A DNA stretch of 64,000 nucleotides from Candidatus Bathyarchaeota archaeon (GCA_018652685.1 JABIBQ010000066.1:701-64700), one strand, 5' to 3'. Shown: positions 25,599 through 36,695, counted from the first letter of the stretch. The notes: a model not told the origin generated them from the letters alone. Made by a program: numbers and translations.

Positions 25599-27770
25599 CT
25601 ACGCTATGTCAATCGGGGGCTTGCTCTGCTCCCTGAACCTCTGCTTGCTGTTCTCATACCAGTTCACCATCTCGGGCGTGATGCTTGGCGCGATCTCGGC
25701 CATTGCCGCTTCAAAATCCTGCGTTATTACGCTATCCGCCTCGGAGTCCCTGCGAAGCGCGTTAAGACCCGCCTCACGTACTAGGCTGTCGATATCGGCG
25801 CCGCTGTACCCATCCATACTCCTGGATATTGAATCCAAATCCACAGAATCGTCCAGGGGCATCTCCTCGGATTTGATACCAAGGATCTTGCGCCTTGCGT
25901 CAAAGTCCGGTGGTGGAACGTAAACGCGCCTATCAAACCTTCCCGGCCTGAGCACTGCAGGATCGATGATATCCGGCCTGTTGGTCGCAGCTATCACCAC
26001 GACGTTTTCAAGGCTCACTAGCCCGTCAATCTCGGTGAGAAGCTGGCTGATGACTCTCTCTGTGACTCTGCTATCTGCCGCTGAGCCCCTTGATGGGACC
26101 AAGGCATCGAACTCGTCAAAGAAGATGATACTGGGCGCAGCCATCCTGGCCTTCCTGAATATCTCACGGATGGCCTTTTCTGACTCGCCGACCCACTTGC
26201 TGAATATCTCTGGGCCCCTGACGCTGATGAAGTTTGCCTCGGACTCCGTAGCGACTACCCTCGCTAACAGGGTCTTGCCACATCCCGGTGGTCCGTGTAG
26301 AAGTATCCCCTTTGGAGGGGTGATCCCTACACGGGTGAACCGCTCCGGTGTCTTGAGCGGCCACTCAACCGCCTCCTTGAGGCTCTCCTTGACAGCCTCC
26401 AGTCCACCCACGGCGTCCCAGTGGATGTTGGGTGACTCGATATAAACTTCCCTCATAGCGGTCGGTGTGATCTCCCTGAACGCGTCCCTTATGTCCTGCT
26501 GGTTGACCTCCATGTTTTCAAGGACCTCGTGGGGAATCCTCTTCTCCTCCAGGTCGATCCGTGGCAGGTAACGCCTCAGCGCCTTCATTGCGGACTCCCT
26601 GCTCAACGCCTCAAGGTCGGCTCCAGTGTAGCCGTGTGTTATGGCTGCTACCTTATCTAGCTCAAAGTCCTCCGCAAGGGGCATACCGCGTGTGTGGATC
26701 TGCAATATCTGGCTCCGTCCCTCTCGTCCTGGGATGCCGATCTCGACCTCCCTGTCGAACCTGCCCGGGCGTCTCAGTGCCTCGTCAATCGCGTCAGGCC
26801 TGTTCGTGGCTCCTATAACTATGATGTGTCCTCTTCCCTTCAGGCCGTCCATGCTGGCAAGGAGCTGGGCGACAACCCTCCGCTCAACCTCTCCGGTAAC
26901 CTCGCTCCTCTTGGGCGCGATAGCGTCGATTTCGTCTATGAACAGGATGCTTGGCGCGTTCTTCTCGGCGTCCTCAAACATCTTCCTCATACGGGCCTCT
27001 GACTCACCGTAGAACTTGCTCATGATCTCGGGGCCATTGATTGCGTAAAAGTTGGCCTCTGACTCGTTGGCAACCGCCCTTGCAAGCAGTGTCTTACCGC
27101 ATCCCGGTGGACCGTGGAGCAATACTCCCTTTGGCGGGTCGATTCCAAGCCTCTGGAATATCTCGGGGTGGCGGAGCGGCAACTCAACCATCTCCCTGAT
27201 ACGCCTGATCTCTTCCTCAAGGCCACCTATATCCTCATAAGTGGTCCTGCTAGGCATCTCCAGCTCGGGAACTGGCTCGCTCATTATCACGATCTCGGTA
27301 GTGGGTGCTATCTTCACGATGCCTCCTGGCCTCGTGTTCACCACCATGAAAGGCACACTGTGCCCAAGCATCATGATTAGCAACGTGTCGCCTCTTGTGG
27401 CTGGTCTATCGACTAGGCGGTCCTTGACGAACCTGATAAAATCGTTGTCCACGCTGATCCTGATATCGACCGGAGCAAGCTTAACCTGTGTGGCATACTC
27501 GGCTTCGGCCTTTGTGACTGTGACGTACTCGTTGATGCTGGCACTGCAGTTTTTCCTGATAAACCCGTCGATCCGGATAAGCCCAAGCCCCTGATCCTCG
27601 GGGTATGCAGGCCACGCCTTGGCCGCCGTAGGCTTTTTTCCTTCAATCTGGACCACGTCCCCGACGGTTACGCCCAGGGTCTTCATGGTCTCGGAGTCCA
27701 TCCTGGCTATGCTTCTTCCGACATCACGCTGCTGTTTTGCTTCTGATACTTTTAACTGGACGCTGCTCAA
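25599..27770 (-). CDS. cdc48: Cdc48/VCP AAA+ ATPase
   Basis: N domain plus two AAA modules (GPPGCGKT x2, FIDEID/FFDEFD, RPGRFDR x2). Confidence 0.98.
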   Translation of the reverse strand: MSSVQLKVSEAKQQRDVGRSIARMDSETMKTLGVTVGDVVQIEGKKPTAAKAWPAYPEDQGLGLIRIDGFIRKNCSASINEYVTVTKAEAEYATQVKLAPVDIRISVDNDFIRFVKDRLVDRPATRGDTLLIMMLGHSVPFMVVNTRPGGIVKIAPTTEIVIMSEPVPELEMPSRTTYEDIGGLEEEIRRIREMVELPLRHPEIFQRLGIDPPKGVLLHGPPGCGKTLLARAVANESEANFYAINGPEIMSKFYGESEARMRKMFEDAEKNAPSILFIDEIDAIAPKRSEVTGEVERRVVAQLLASMDGLKGRGHIIVIGATNRPDAIDEALRRPGRFDREVEIGIPGREGRSQILQIHTRGMPLAEDFELDKVAAITHGYTGADLEALSRESAMKALRRYLPRIDLEEKRIPHEVLENMEVNQQDIRDAFREITPTAMREVYIESPNIHWDAVGGLEAVKESLKEAVEWPLKTPERFTRVGITPPKGILLHGPPGCGKTLLARVVATESEANFISVRGPEIFSKWVGESEKAIREIFRKARMAAPSIIFFDEFDALVPSRGSAADSRVTERVISQLLTEIDGLVSLENVVVIAATNRPDIIDPAVLRPGRFDRRVYVPPPDFDARRKILGIKSEEMPLDDSVDLDSISRSMDGYSGADIDSLVREAGLNALRRDSEADSVITQDFEAAMAEIAPSITPEMVNWYENSKQRFREQSKPPIDIA

Positions 27771-27860
27771 AATATGGCACCTAAATGGATATTACTTTCA
27801 TGGACACGGAGGGTAATAAAAAGATTATTTGTTACCCTCCGAGATGCCTGGTACTTGTAT

Positions 27861-28937
27861 CTAAATAACCCCAGTGACCTCGGCAAGCTCCTCTGCCTTT
27901 TTCTCGTCAAGCTTATGCTTGTTGAGGATCGTGTAACGGTTTGGACGCAACGACTGGGCCATGGTTAGAGCCTTCACAATAACATCTTTACCCACCCCAA
28001 GTTCATCAGCTGTTATCGGAGCACCAATTGTTTGCAGGCTGTCACGCAATGCCTCCCAGTTCAATCCATGCAACTTGGCCATCATGATACTGCCTACCCC
28101 ACACTGTTCACCATGAAGGGCTGGTTTCTCGGCTATCAGGTCCAATGAATGACTGAAAAGATGACTTGAACCGCTGGTAGGCTTGCTGCTACCGGCGATA
28201 CTCATGGACACTCCACAGCTTACTAGTGCCTCAAGTAGGGTCCTTATCCCTTCCTGGACTCTTGCCTTGATGAGGTTAGCGCGCTCCATGATATGCTGGC
28301 TGCTCATGAGGCTCAGGCTCGCGGCGTAGCCACCGTAGTACTCATTATTCTCCCTGTGGGCGAGCCTCCAGTCACGTACCTCAACAGCCTTACAGATCAT
28401 GTCCCCACAGCCCGACGCGGTAAATCGGTACGGGCTCTTAGCGATGATGGAGCTGTCCATCACAACAGCGAGGGGCGAGGTCGCCTTGACAGAGTATGGT
28501 CTATCAGACCCCTTGATGGAGGCCAGATTGCTGGCGATACCATCGTGTGAGGCAACGGTGGGAACGCTGATGAAGAAACGCCCTGATTCATGTGCGGCTA
28601 ACTTTGCCACGTCAATGTTCCTCCCGCCACCGATACCGAGTACCACATCGGATGAGAACGCCTTGACACTGGAAATTACGTTATCAACGGTTGACCTCTT
28701 GGCATCGCCAACTAACATACATTCTGTATGTATCCCGCCTTTGGTGAGATAATCGATAGTCTTCTGACCAGCTATCTTGATTGTCCTCTCACCTGTGACT
28801 ATCAGTGCCTTCCCGAAGTTCTGCTCAACACAGATATCACTGATCTGGCCTAGTAGGTTCTCTCCAACGAGGACTATCCGTGGGAGAGTTATTCTATGAA
28901 CTTGACTATAATCGGGATCGGACAAATCTGTTGACAT
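27861..28937 (-). CDS. egsA: sn-glycerol-1-phosphate dehydrogenase
   Basis: GGGRNIDVAK, SVPT.ASHDGIAS, SG.GD, SGS.HLFSH.LD, LHGEQCG, RYTIL. Confidence 0.96.
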   Translation of the reverse strand: MSTDLSDPDYSQVHRITLPRIVLVGENLLGQISDICVEQNFGKALIVTGERTIKIAGQKTIDYLTKGGIHTECMLVGDAKRSTVDNVISSVKAFSSDVVLGIGGGRNIDVAKLAAHESGRFFISVPTVASHDGIASNLASIKGSDRPYSVKATSPLAVVMDSSIIAKSPYRFTASGCGDMICKAVEVRDWRLAHRENNEYYGGYAASLSLMSSQHIMERANLIKARVQEGIRTLLEALVSCGVSMSIAGSSKPTSGSSHLFSHSLDLIAEKPALHGEQCGVGSIMMAKLHGLNWEALRDSLQTIGAPITADELGVGKDVIVKALTMAQSLRPNRYTILNKHKLDEKKAEELAEVTGVI

Positions 28938-29080
28938 ACCTGTTGTTGATACCGAGTATTCACTTTACGAAATACAAATATGTTTTCCCGTTTTAGCAAC
29001 GTTTTTAATAAAGTGAACTTTTTTATGGTACTAGCTGTCCTGTAAAGGATACCCTTCTAATTGTTTTAGGAGATTATTAA

Positions 29081-29713
29081 ATGTCAAAGGAAGATGGAAT
29101 CCTTAAAGGCACCACAACTGTCGGTGTCGTCTGCAAAGATGGAGTAATACTAGGCACAGACACACGTGCCACTATGGGCAACTTTGTTGCCAGCAAACAC
29201 GCCAAGAAGGTGTACCAGATAACCGACAACCTCGCCATGACGATCGCAGGCGGAGTTGCCGTCGCCCAGAGGATAGTTGAGATACTGAAGGTCAATGCAA
29301 GTCTCTACGATCTGGAGAAAAATAGGCGAATGCCCGTTTCAAGCGCGGCCAGGCTCGTGCAGAGTATCCTGTTTAGCAACAGGTCAGCTGGAGCACCTCT
29401 CCCACTCCAGGCAATCATCGGAGGGTACGATGAGACAGGACCACACGTGTACAACATGGACCCCTATGGGAGTCTAATGGAGGAAGTAATGGTGTCCACC
29501 GGCTCGGGTTCACCCTACGCCTACGGAGTGCTTGAGGCACAGTTCAAAGAGAATAGCACCGTTGACGAGATGTTATCAGTAGTTGTCAGGGCAGTAGACT
29601 CAGCCATGAAGAGGGATGTCGCCAGCGGAGACAGCTTCGACGTGGCTATTATAAACGACGCGGGTTTCAGAGAACTCTCACCGGAAGAGAAGAAATCTAT
29701 TTTGAATAGATGA
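29081..29713 (+). CDS. psmB: Proteasome beta subunit (active Thr after short propeptide)
   Basis: LKG|TTTVG, D.RATMG, TGSGSP.AYGVLE, RDVASGD. Confidence 0.97.
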   Translation: MSKEDGILKGTTTVGVVCKDGVILGTDTRATMGNFVASKHAKKVYQITDNLAMTIAGGVAVAQRIVEILKVNASLYDLEKNRRMPVSSAARLVQSILFSNRSAGAPLPLQAIIGGYDETGPHVYNMDPYGSLMEEVMVSTGSGSPYAYGVLEAQFKENSTVDEMLSVVVRAVDSAMKRDVASGDSFDVAIINDAGFRELSPEEKKSILNR

Positions 29714-31638
29714 GTTTGGGTAGAATGGATAACAAGCAGGGTCTATCATACAGCGAGATAAGACAGGCAATACTGGACAAAATCCCCGCACAAGTGGGAA
29801 TCACAAGAATCGAGTTTGAGGGGCCAAGACTCGCTATTTACTGTCAAAAACCAGAGTTCTTGCAGGAGAACAGCCACATCGTCGGCGAGATAGCAGGCAT
29901 CATCAAGAAGCGCATCGTAATCCGAAGCGACCCATCAGTTAGGATTGGAGAAATCCAGGCCGAGGACATCATCAAGGAAATCATCTCCGAAGCCGGACTC
30001 GTCCAGGCATACTTCGACCCCGCGCTGGGGGAGGTAGTCCTTGAGGTCGAGAAACCGGGAGTCGCCATAGGTAAAGGTGGATCAAACGTCGTCGAGATAG
30101 TAAAAAAGACCCACTGGAGCCCAAACTTCAAACGCAGCCCACCAATCCCCAGCATGACCATCAGACAGATCAGGGGATTCCTGTACAGCAAGAGCAAAGA
30201 CAGGGAAAAGGTGCTAAGGGATACAGGGGAATCCATATTCAGGCCAATTTACCAGCAATCAAGCGACGTAAGGATCACATTCCTGGGAAGCGCCAGACAG
30301 GTAGGAAGATCCGCCATCCTAGTAAAGACCCGTGAAAGCGAGATACTCATGGACTGTGGTATCAATCCCGGTAGCAGGAATGCCGTTGGGTCTTTCCCAA
30401 GGCTGGACGTCGAGGAGTTCGACCTCAGCAGGCTGGACGCGGTTATCATAAGCCACGCTCATCTTGACCACTGCGGATTCCTACCGTACCTGTACAAGTA
30501 TGGCTACAACGGACCAATCTACTGCAGTGAGCCAACATCAAGCGTCATGACCCTACTACAGAGCGATTATATCGACGTGACCAGGAAGGAGGGAAAGGCA
30601 CCACCTTACAGCGCTGAGGACATCTCTGAGGCGATACTTCACACCATCCCACTCGGATACGGGGAGGTCACTGACATATCACCTGACATCAGGTTGACCC
30701 TTCACAACGCGGGGCATATCCTGGGGTCATCCATATCTCACTTGCACATCGGCAAGGGACTACACAACATCGTCTACACAGGAGACTTCAAGTACGGACC
30801 AACCGCACTTCTCCAGCCAGCAAGCAGCTATTTCCCAAGGGTTGAGACGCTCATCATGGAGTCCACCTATGGAGGAGCCGATAACTTCACCCCCAGCAGG
30901 GAGGAGACGGAGTCAAGGTTCGTGGACATATGCAACAACATCCTCAAGGGAGGCAAGGTACTGATACCTGTACCAGCCGTTGGCAGGGCACAGGAGATCC
31001 TCATGGTCATCAACAAGCACATGAACGAGGGAAACCTGCTACAGGTCCCGGTTTATATCGAGGGCATGATCAGTGAGGCCACGGGTATCCACACAGCGTA
31101 CCCCGACTACCTGAGTCACGAGGTTAGAGACCAGATACTCAAGGAAGGAGTCAACCCATTCGAGTCAGATTACTTCACCGTCGTCAAACAGCACGACATG
31201 AGAGACGAGATCGTGGAGGGAGGGCCTTGCATTGTTATGGCTACCGCGGGAATGATGGAGGGAGGACCTGTTCTAGAGTACTTTAAACGACTCGCACCGG
31301 ACGAAAACAACGGGATAGTGTTCGTATCGTACCAGGTAGCTGGTACCATGGGACGCAGGGTCCAGTCCGGAATGGGTTCAGCGCAGATGTACAGCAACGA
31401 CGGTAAGATGGAGATCATTAACATCGCCCTCAGCACACACATAGTACAGGGGTTCAGCGGTCACAGCGACAGGAGACAACTCATGAACTATGTCAGGAGG
31501 CTCAAGCCTTCACCTAGAAGGGTCTACGTGGTACACGGAGAGGAGTCCAAGACTGACAATCTGGCGCGAAGCATAAGCAAGCTCCGCGGCGTGAGAGGTT
31601 ATTCGCCAAGGCTACTGGATACAGTACGCCTAGCCTAG
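29710..31638 (+). CDS. fttA: aCPSF1 / FttA beta-CASP ribonuclease with KH domains
   Basis: RIEFEGP, KPG.AIGKGG, SHAHLDHCG, AGHILGS, ESTYG, GFSGHSDR, VHGE; conserved psmB-aCPSF1 linkage. Confidence 0.97.
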   Translation: MSLGRMDNKQGLSYSEIRQAILDKIPAQVGITRIEFEGPRLAIYCQKPEFLQENSHIVGEIAGIIKKRIVIRSDPSVRIGEIQAEDIIKEIISEAGLVQAYFDPALGEVVLEVEKPGVAIGKGGSNVVEIVKKTHWSPNFKRSPPIPSMTIRQIRGFLYSKSKDREKVLRDTGESIFRPIYQQSSDVRITFLGSARQVGRSAILVKTRESEILMDCGINPGSRNAVGSFPRLDVEEFDLSRLDAVIISHAHLDHCGFLPYLYKYGYNGPIYCSEPTSSVMTLLQSDYIDVTRKEGKAPPYSAEDISEAILHTIPLGYGEVTDISPDIRLTLHNAGHILGSSISHLHIGKGLHNIVYTGDFKYGPTALLQPASSYFPRVETLIMESTYGGADNFTPSREETESRFVDICNNILKGGKVLIPVPAVGRAQEILMVINKHMNEGNLLQVPVYIEGMISEATGIHTAYPDYLSHEVRDQILKEGVNPFESDYFTVVKQHDMRDEIVEGGPCIVMATAGMMEGGPVLEYFKRLAPDENNGIVFVSYQVAGTMGRRVQSGMGSAQMYSNDGKMEIINIALSTHIVQGFSGHSDRRQLMNYVRRLKPSPRRVYVVHGEESKTDNLARSISKLRGVRGYSPRLLDTVRLA

Positions 31639-31946
31639 TCCTTGTTTCTATAAATCTGAACGTTTTTCGGGGTTATAATGACCCTTTCCTCACCGAGCCT
31701 GGCGATATCCCCCTCAGTGAGGCGGGCGTACTCGTTGAGCTCATTGATCCCCCTCTTGACATCCTCGATGTTTGTCTTTGCAAGGGGTGCCACGTTACAT
31801 ATGACAATATTACCCGCCCGGACCTCAGCCTTTATGATATCGATATCCTCGTACGCCCTGAGCGGTATGGCCTTGATGTACTGTATCTGTGTGGCACCGT
31901 TTTCTTCCCCGTTTTTTCCTACAAGTCTATCTAGCAGTCCGCTCAA
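31635..31946 (-). CDS. sepF: Archaeal SepF-family cell division protein
   Basis: IK.EV..GNIVI.N..PL, GDIARLGE.RVIITP. Confidence 0.85.
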   Translation of the reverse strand: MSGLLDRLVGKNGEENGATQIQYIKAIPLRAYEDIDIIKAEVRAGNIVICNVAPLAKTNIEDVKRGINELNEYARLTEGDIARLGEERVIITPKNVQIYRNKD

Positions 31947-32089
31947 ATTGTGTTCCTCAGGGCTTCCTTTGATATATTATATGGGAGGCGTATAGATATT
32001 TTTCTTTCGTTGGCTATAATACTATCTAATTATTCGGTATTAATAGGCAGATTTCAGCGGATTTTTTAAGCGAAAGAAGCATTGAAGGG

Positions 32090-33049
32090 ATGAAAACCAT
32101 GCTGTTCCTATCAGATAGAGACATCGAGAACAACCTGACCATGAAGGAGACCATCGAGACAGTCGAGATGGCTTTCAAGGAATATGCCAAAAGAAACGTC
32201 GTGATGCCCCCGCGTAGCACCATAATGGTCGAGAAACACAATGGCAGCATCAGCTTCATGCCAAGCTACCTTACGGACCTCGAAGCCCAAGCCACGAAGA
32301 TCATCAGCATCTATCCCGGAAACAGGGAGAAAGGGCTTCCCACAACTGTCGCATGGATCATAGTCAACGATCCCGAGACTGGAATGGTAAAAGCGTTCAT
32401 GGACGCGACATACCTGACCGCAATGAGGACAGGCGCAATCACAGGGGTAGCCGCGAAATACCTCGCACCCAAGGACGCAAAGGTCGTCGCCATCTTCGGA
32501 GCGGGCATACAGGGAAGGACACAGGTAATGGCGGCCTGCGCGGTAAGGGACATAGAGAAAGTATTCGTCTACGACCTTTACCCCGAGGCACGAAAAAAGT
32601 TCGCAGAAGAGATGTCAGCAAAACTGGGAATACAAGTCATCGCGGCTGAGTCAGGAGAGGAGGCGTGTAGGGATGCTGACATAGTCCTCACCGCCACAAC
32701 TAGCCCAAAGCCTGTGTTAAAGCGCGATTGGCTCAAGGAGAGGGTACATGTCAGTGCCATCGGAGCGTTCTACCCCGACTGGAGGGAGCTAGACACAGCG
32801 ACAGTAGCCGAGTCCAAGCTAGTCATCGATGACATGGAGGGAATCGAGCTGGAGGCCGGAGACATACTGATACCCATCGAGGAGGGCGCTATCACATGGG
32901 ACCACGTCCACGCCGAGCTTAAGGAACTGGTGACAAGACAAAAGGAGGGTAGGACTAAGGAGGACACCATAACTGTGTTCAAGTCAGTGGGCATAGCCAT
33001 CCAGGACAGCAGCGTAGCCAACCTGGTGCTTAAAAAACTGGGAATATAA
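32090..33049 (+). CDS. Ornithine cyclodeaminase/mu-crystallin family (archaeal alanine dehydrogenase-like)
   Basis: MPPR, MP.YL, P.N...GLPT, LTAMRTGA, GAG.QG, AIGA, FKSVG.AIQD. Confidence 0.9.
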   Translation: MKTMLFLSDRDIENNLTMKETIETVEMAFKEYAKRNVVMPPRSTIMVEKHNGSISFMPSYLTDLEAQATKIISIYPGNREKGLPTTVAWIIVNDPETGMVKAFMDATYLTAMRTGAITGVAAKYLAPKDAKVVAIFGAGIQGRTQVMAACAVRDIEKVFVYDLYPEARKKFAEEMSAKLGIQVIAAESGEEACRDADIVLTATTSPKPVLKRDWLKERVHVSAIGAFYPDWRELDTATVAESKLVIDDMEGIELEAGDILIPIEEGAITWDHVHAELKELVTRQKEGRTKEDTITVFKSVGIAIQDSSVANLVLKKLGI

Positions 33050-33083
33050 AACTCACACACCTACTCGCCCAAACCCGGGGAAA

Positions 33084-33674
33084 TTATTCTTCATCTTCCA
33101 ACCTAAGAAGCAGGTCAATCCAGTCCTGCCTCAGAAGGTATGCACCAATTAAAACCACTGGAATGCTGAAGAGCATCAACTGAAATGGGGACAAGGAAAC
33201 AATATTGCCCCAGATGAACTCAAAGCTGTACCTCCCAGCATACGCCACAATGGCGTTCATGAGAATCTTTCCAAGAAGCATCGCTGAGAACGCCTTCCGA
33301 AGGTCATAATTGATCACTCCATAAGTCACAAGCAGAAGATCATCGGGCAACGGGGTCAACGCGAACAAGAAAATCAGAAAAGCCCCATGGCGCTCAAGAA
33401 GCCTCCTCGTCAGATCCAACTGCTTACCATATCGATTCATAATTATCTTGCTCCCTCCCATACCGATGAAATAACTGCTGAACTCACCGATGGCACTGCC
33501 CACCCCGCTACTCAACCCCAGAAGTAGGGGGCTATGAGTTACACCCATGGCGTAGACGGGCACAACCAGAGGAGCCGGCAAGAAGAACGTGAGGTTACAC
33601 ACAAGGGCAAGGAGGAAAACACCGGAATAACCATAAGAATAAGCCAGTCCCTCAAGCCAGACCCAGATGCCCAT
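33084..33674 (-). CDS. VTT/DedA-domain membrane protein
   Basis: GSAIGE..SY.IG.GG, FALTPLPDD, GK. Confidence 0.85.
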   Translation of the reverse strand: MGIWVWLEGLAYSYGYSGVFLLALVCNLTFFLPAPLVVPVYAMGVTHSPLLLGLSSGVGSAIGEFSSYFIGMGGSKIIMNRYGKQLDLTRRLLERHGAFLIFLFALTPLPDDLLLVTYGVINYDLRKAFSAMLLGKILMNAIVAYAGRYSFEFIWGNIVSLSPFQLMLFSIPVVLIGAYLLRQDWIDLLLRLEDEE

Positions 33675-33807
33675 TAAAACACCCCGCTCTACAGAAATGA
33701 GAAAGGGATATTAAAAATATTTTGAAGAGCATGCGCGTCGTCTGAATTTGACCCGCATTGTTTTAACTGTGGCTGGTTTATGTTCACGAGTTAGCGTTTC
33801 GAGGTGT

Positions 33808-34041
33808 ATGGAAACGGCAAAAAAATTCAGTGTGACCATTGATGAGGACCAGTGCAAGGGCTGCCTCATCTGTGTACACGTATGTGAGTCCCGCGGTGGG
33901 AAGATTTTGAAGGAATCAGACAAGAAGACGGCCCTAGGCGGTACCCTGCCCGTGGTGGACGGTGTATGCATCGGGTGTAGGTGGTGCGAAAGGTACTGCC
34001 CAGATTTTGCTTTGAACGTGGAGGAGATACAGGATGCTTGA
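33808..34041 (+). CDS. korD: 2x[4Fe-4S] ferredoxin, delta subunit of 2-oxoacid:ferredoxin oxidoreductase
   Basis: CKGCLICVHVC and CIGCRWCERYCPDFA; GAGGTG RBS before ATG at 33808. Confidence 0.88.
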   Translation: METAKKFSVTIDEDQCKGCLICVHVCESRGGKILKESDKKTALGGTLPVVDGVCIGCRWCERYCPDFALNVEEIQDA

Positions 34042-35164
34042 GCCGGGTAAACATTTGGTTCTTGGTAACGTGGCGTGTGCCGAGGGGGCTATCAGGGCCG
34101 GCCTGGGTTTTTTCGCTGGTTACCCCATTACCCCTGCCAGTGAGATCAGCCACCATATCGCGTTGGAGCTGCCCAAAGAGGGCGGTATCTTCATGCAGAT
34201 GGAGGACGAGATCGCCAGTATCGCCAGCATAATTGGGGCGAGCTGGGCGGGTGCGAAATCAATGACAGCCACTAGTGGGCCTGGGTACGACTTGATGCAG
34301 GAGAACATCGGTTATGCCCATATGACGGAGACGCCTCTTGTGCTGGTTAATGTTCAGAGAAGTGGACCCAGCACAGGCCAGTCCACTGACCCGAGCCAGC
34401 AGGACATCTATGCCGCTAAATATGGGGCTCACGGGGACTATGAGGTTATAGCCATCAGCCCGTGGAGCGTCCAGGAGATGTTTGACCTGACGGTGAGGGC
34501 GTTCAATTTGGCCGAGACGTACAGGACCCCTGTCATGCTCATGAGTGATGGGCTTATTGGGCACATCGAGGAGAAGTTGGTTATTCCGGAGGAGGTTGAG
34601 ATAGTCAACAGGAAGAAGCCGACGAGTTTGGAATCTACTCCTTGGGGTACGGATAAACCCAGTGGAGTCCCCGAGATGCCTGCATTTGGCGAGGGCCACA
34701 GGTTGCTAGTTACGGGTTCGACTCATCAGCCGAACGGTGTCCGTAACTTTTCGCCGGAGTACCACCAAAGGATCGTGTACAGGATTAGAGACAAGATTCT
34801 CAACGCGGAGCCCGTGATAAGGGACATTCACAAGGTTGAGATGGATGACGCCAAGGTCGCGATCCTGAGTTTCGGTGCTTCTGCACGTCCCAGCGTGGAG
34901 GCGGTGGAGGAAGCGCGAAAAGAGGGCATCAAGGCAGGTCTTTTCAGGCTCAAGACCATATGGCCGTTCCCAGAGGAGCCGGTCAGGGAGCTAGCTGAGC
35001 AGGTTGACGCTATTATCGTGGTTGAGATGAACACGGGTAAACTGGTGAAGGAGGTCCAGCGTGTCGTTGAGGGTGAGACCAAGGTGGTTTCCCTCGCAAA
35101 GGTGGGTGGAGTCCTGCCGTTCTCACGTGAAGTGCTTGAGGTAATCAGGAGGGAACTCCAATGA
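34034..35164 (+). CDS. korA: 2-oxoacid:ferredoxin oxidoreductase alpha subunit (KorA-like)
   Basis: FFAGYPITPASE, QMEDEIAS, TATSGPG, QRSGPSTG, VEMN.G. Confidence 0.92.
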   Translation: MLEPGKHLVLGNVACAEGAIRAGLGFFAGYPITPASEISHHIALELPKEGGIFMQMEDEIASIASIIGASWAGAKSMTATSGPGYDLMQENIGYAHMTETPLVLVNVQRSGPSTGQSTDPSQQDIYAAKYGAHGDYEVIAISPWSVQEMFDLTVRAFNLAETYRTPVMLMSDGLIGHIEEKLVIPEEVEIVNRKKPTSLESTPWGTDKPSGVPEMPAFGEGHRLLVTGSTHQPNGVRNFSPEYHQRIVYRIRDKILNAEPVIRDIHKVEMDDAKVAILSFGASARPSVEAVEEARKEGIKAGLFRLKTIWPFPEEPVRELAEQVDAIIVVEMNTGKLVKEVQRVVEGETKVVSLAKVGGVLPFSREVLEVIRRELQ

Positions 35165-36171
35165 AGAACCTGTATTATTTCCGTGACAAATATGTGAGGA
35201 GTCAGCCGAGCGCGTTCTGCCCAGGGTGTGGTGGGGGAATAATCCTCAATTGTTTCCTCAGAGCCATCGATGATCTTGGGCTTGACCAAGACAAGATCTT
35301 GGCGGTCTCGGGCATCGGCTGCACGGCTTGGATTCCGAGCCCGAACTTTAACGGGGACACGTTACACACAACTCATGGCAGGGCTATCGCTTTCGCCACT
35401 GGGGCCAAGGCGTACAACCCTGATATGACGACCGTGGTGTTCACGGGTGACGGAGATGGGGCTGGTATCGGTGGTAACCACCTGATTCACGCGGCAAGGA
35501 GGAATATCGATCTCACCGTCATATTGGTGAATAACATGAGCTACGCCATGACGGGCGGACAGATAGCGCCGACGACCATGCACGGCGAGACAACGGTTAC
35601 CAGCCCGTACGGTAACCCCGAGTTCCCGTTTGATATCACCAAGCTTGTGAAGGCGGCGGGGGCTAGCTACGTTGCCAGGTGGAGTAATTACCACGTAATC
35701 GAGTTGACCAACTCCATTAAGGAGGCGATACAACACAAGGGATTCAGTTTCATCGAGGTGATGAGCCAGTGCCCGACCCAGCAGAGGAGGATATTCAACC
35801 TACGAGGTCCACTTGAAAGTCTGCCACCCCGTATCCTTGACATGTTCAAGGAGGGGACTTTTGTCCGTGGTAGACCCGAGAAGGGAAACTACGTCTATGC
35901 CGTTCCGAAGGGAGACGTGATGGACACGTTGAATGCGGTTCAGGGTCTGGGTGACCCCGGGATAGTTGACCACATGGGCTTTGGCCAGGTGGTCAAGATT
36001 GACGGCGATGCTGAGGCTCTAAGGGATAAACTGGACAAGATACCTGAGGTTAAGTACGTCGCTGACCACGTGGAAGGAAAGGTCGAGCTTGGGTTGTTTG
36101 AAAAGTATGAGCGGCCTGAATTGACCGAGAGCCTGCGTGAGATTATCCGCAAGGCGAGAGGTGAGCTGTGA
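35161..36171 (+). CDS. korB: 2-oxoacid:ferredoxin oxidoreductase beta subunit (KorB-like) with extra C-proximal insertion
   Basis: FCPGCG, SGIGC, HTTHGR, GDGD...IGGNH, TGGQ.APT, SQCPT. Confidence 0.92.
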   Translation: MKNLYYFRDKYVRSQPSAFCPGCGGGIILNCFLRAIDDLGLDQDKILAVSGIGCTAWIPSPNFNGDTLHTTHGRAIAFATGAKAYNPDMTTVVFTGDGDGAGIGGNHLIHAARRNIDLTVILVNNMSYAMTGGQIAPTTMHGETTVTSPYGNPEFPFDITKLVKAAGASYVARWSNYHVIELTNSIKEAIQHKGFSFIEVMSQCPTQQRRIFNLRGPLESLPPRILDMFKEGTFVRGRPEKGNYVYAVPKGDVMDTLNAVQGLGDPGIVDHMGFGQVVKIDGDAEALRDKLDKIPEVKYVADHVEGKVELGLFEKYERPELTESLREIIRKARGEL

Positions 36172-36695
36172 TGAAGCAGAACATACTTATCAGCGGCACG
36201 GGCGGCCAGGGTATAGTTGCTGCAGGCGCGTTCCTAGGCCAGGCGCTTTTCGCGCAGGACCTTGAGGTCATGTTCAGCAGGAGCTACGGTGCCTCTGCGA
36301 GGGGCGGGGCGTGTAAGAGCGAGGTGATGGTCTCGGATGAGGTCATCAACGATTTGCAGTTCGAGGACACGGATGTGTTGATGTGCCTGAGCCTGCCTGC
36401 ATTCAAAAAGTACCTGCCCATAGCGAAACCCGGCAGTCTAGTCATTGTGGATTCCCATGTCTACGAGAGGGTGGGTAAAGTCAGGGACGACATTGAGATC
36501 GTCAGGATCCCCGCTCGGGATATTGCCGTTGGACTCGGTAACCAGATCGTGGCTAACATGGTAATGCTTGGTAATCTAGCTAAGCACAACGAGGTGGTGA
36601 GCCTGGACCTCTTGAAGGAGGCCGTGATGACCCACATGAGGGACTCCATGAGGGTTATCAACATAAATGCCCTTGAGTCTGGCTTCAACTTTTAA
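36168..36695 (+). CDS. korG: 2-oxoacid:ferredoxin oxidoreductase gamma subunit
   Basis: SGTGGQG, SYG..ARGG, ANMVMLG, N..A...G. Confidence 0.9.
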   Translation: MMKQNILISGTGGQGIVAAGAFLGQALFAQDLEVMFSRSYGASARGGACKSEVMVSDEVINDLQFEDTDVLMCLSLPAFKKYLPIAKPGSLVIVDSHVYERVGKVRDDIEIVRIPARDIAVGLGNQIVANMVMLGNLAKHNEVVSLDLLKEAVMTHMRDSMRVININALESGFNF

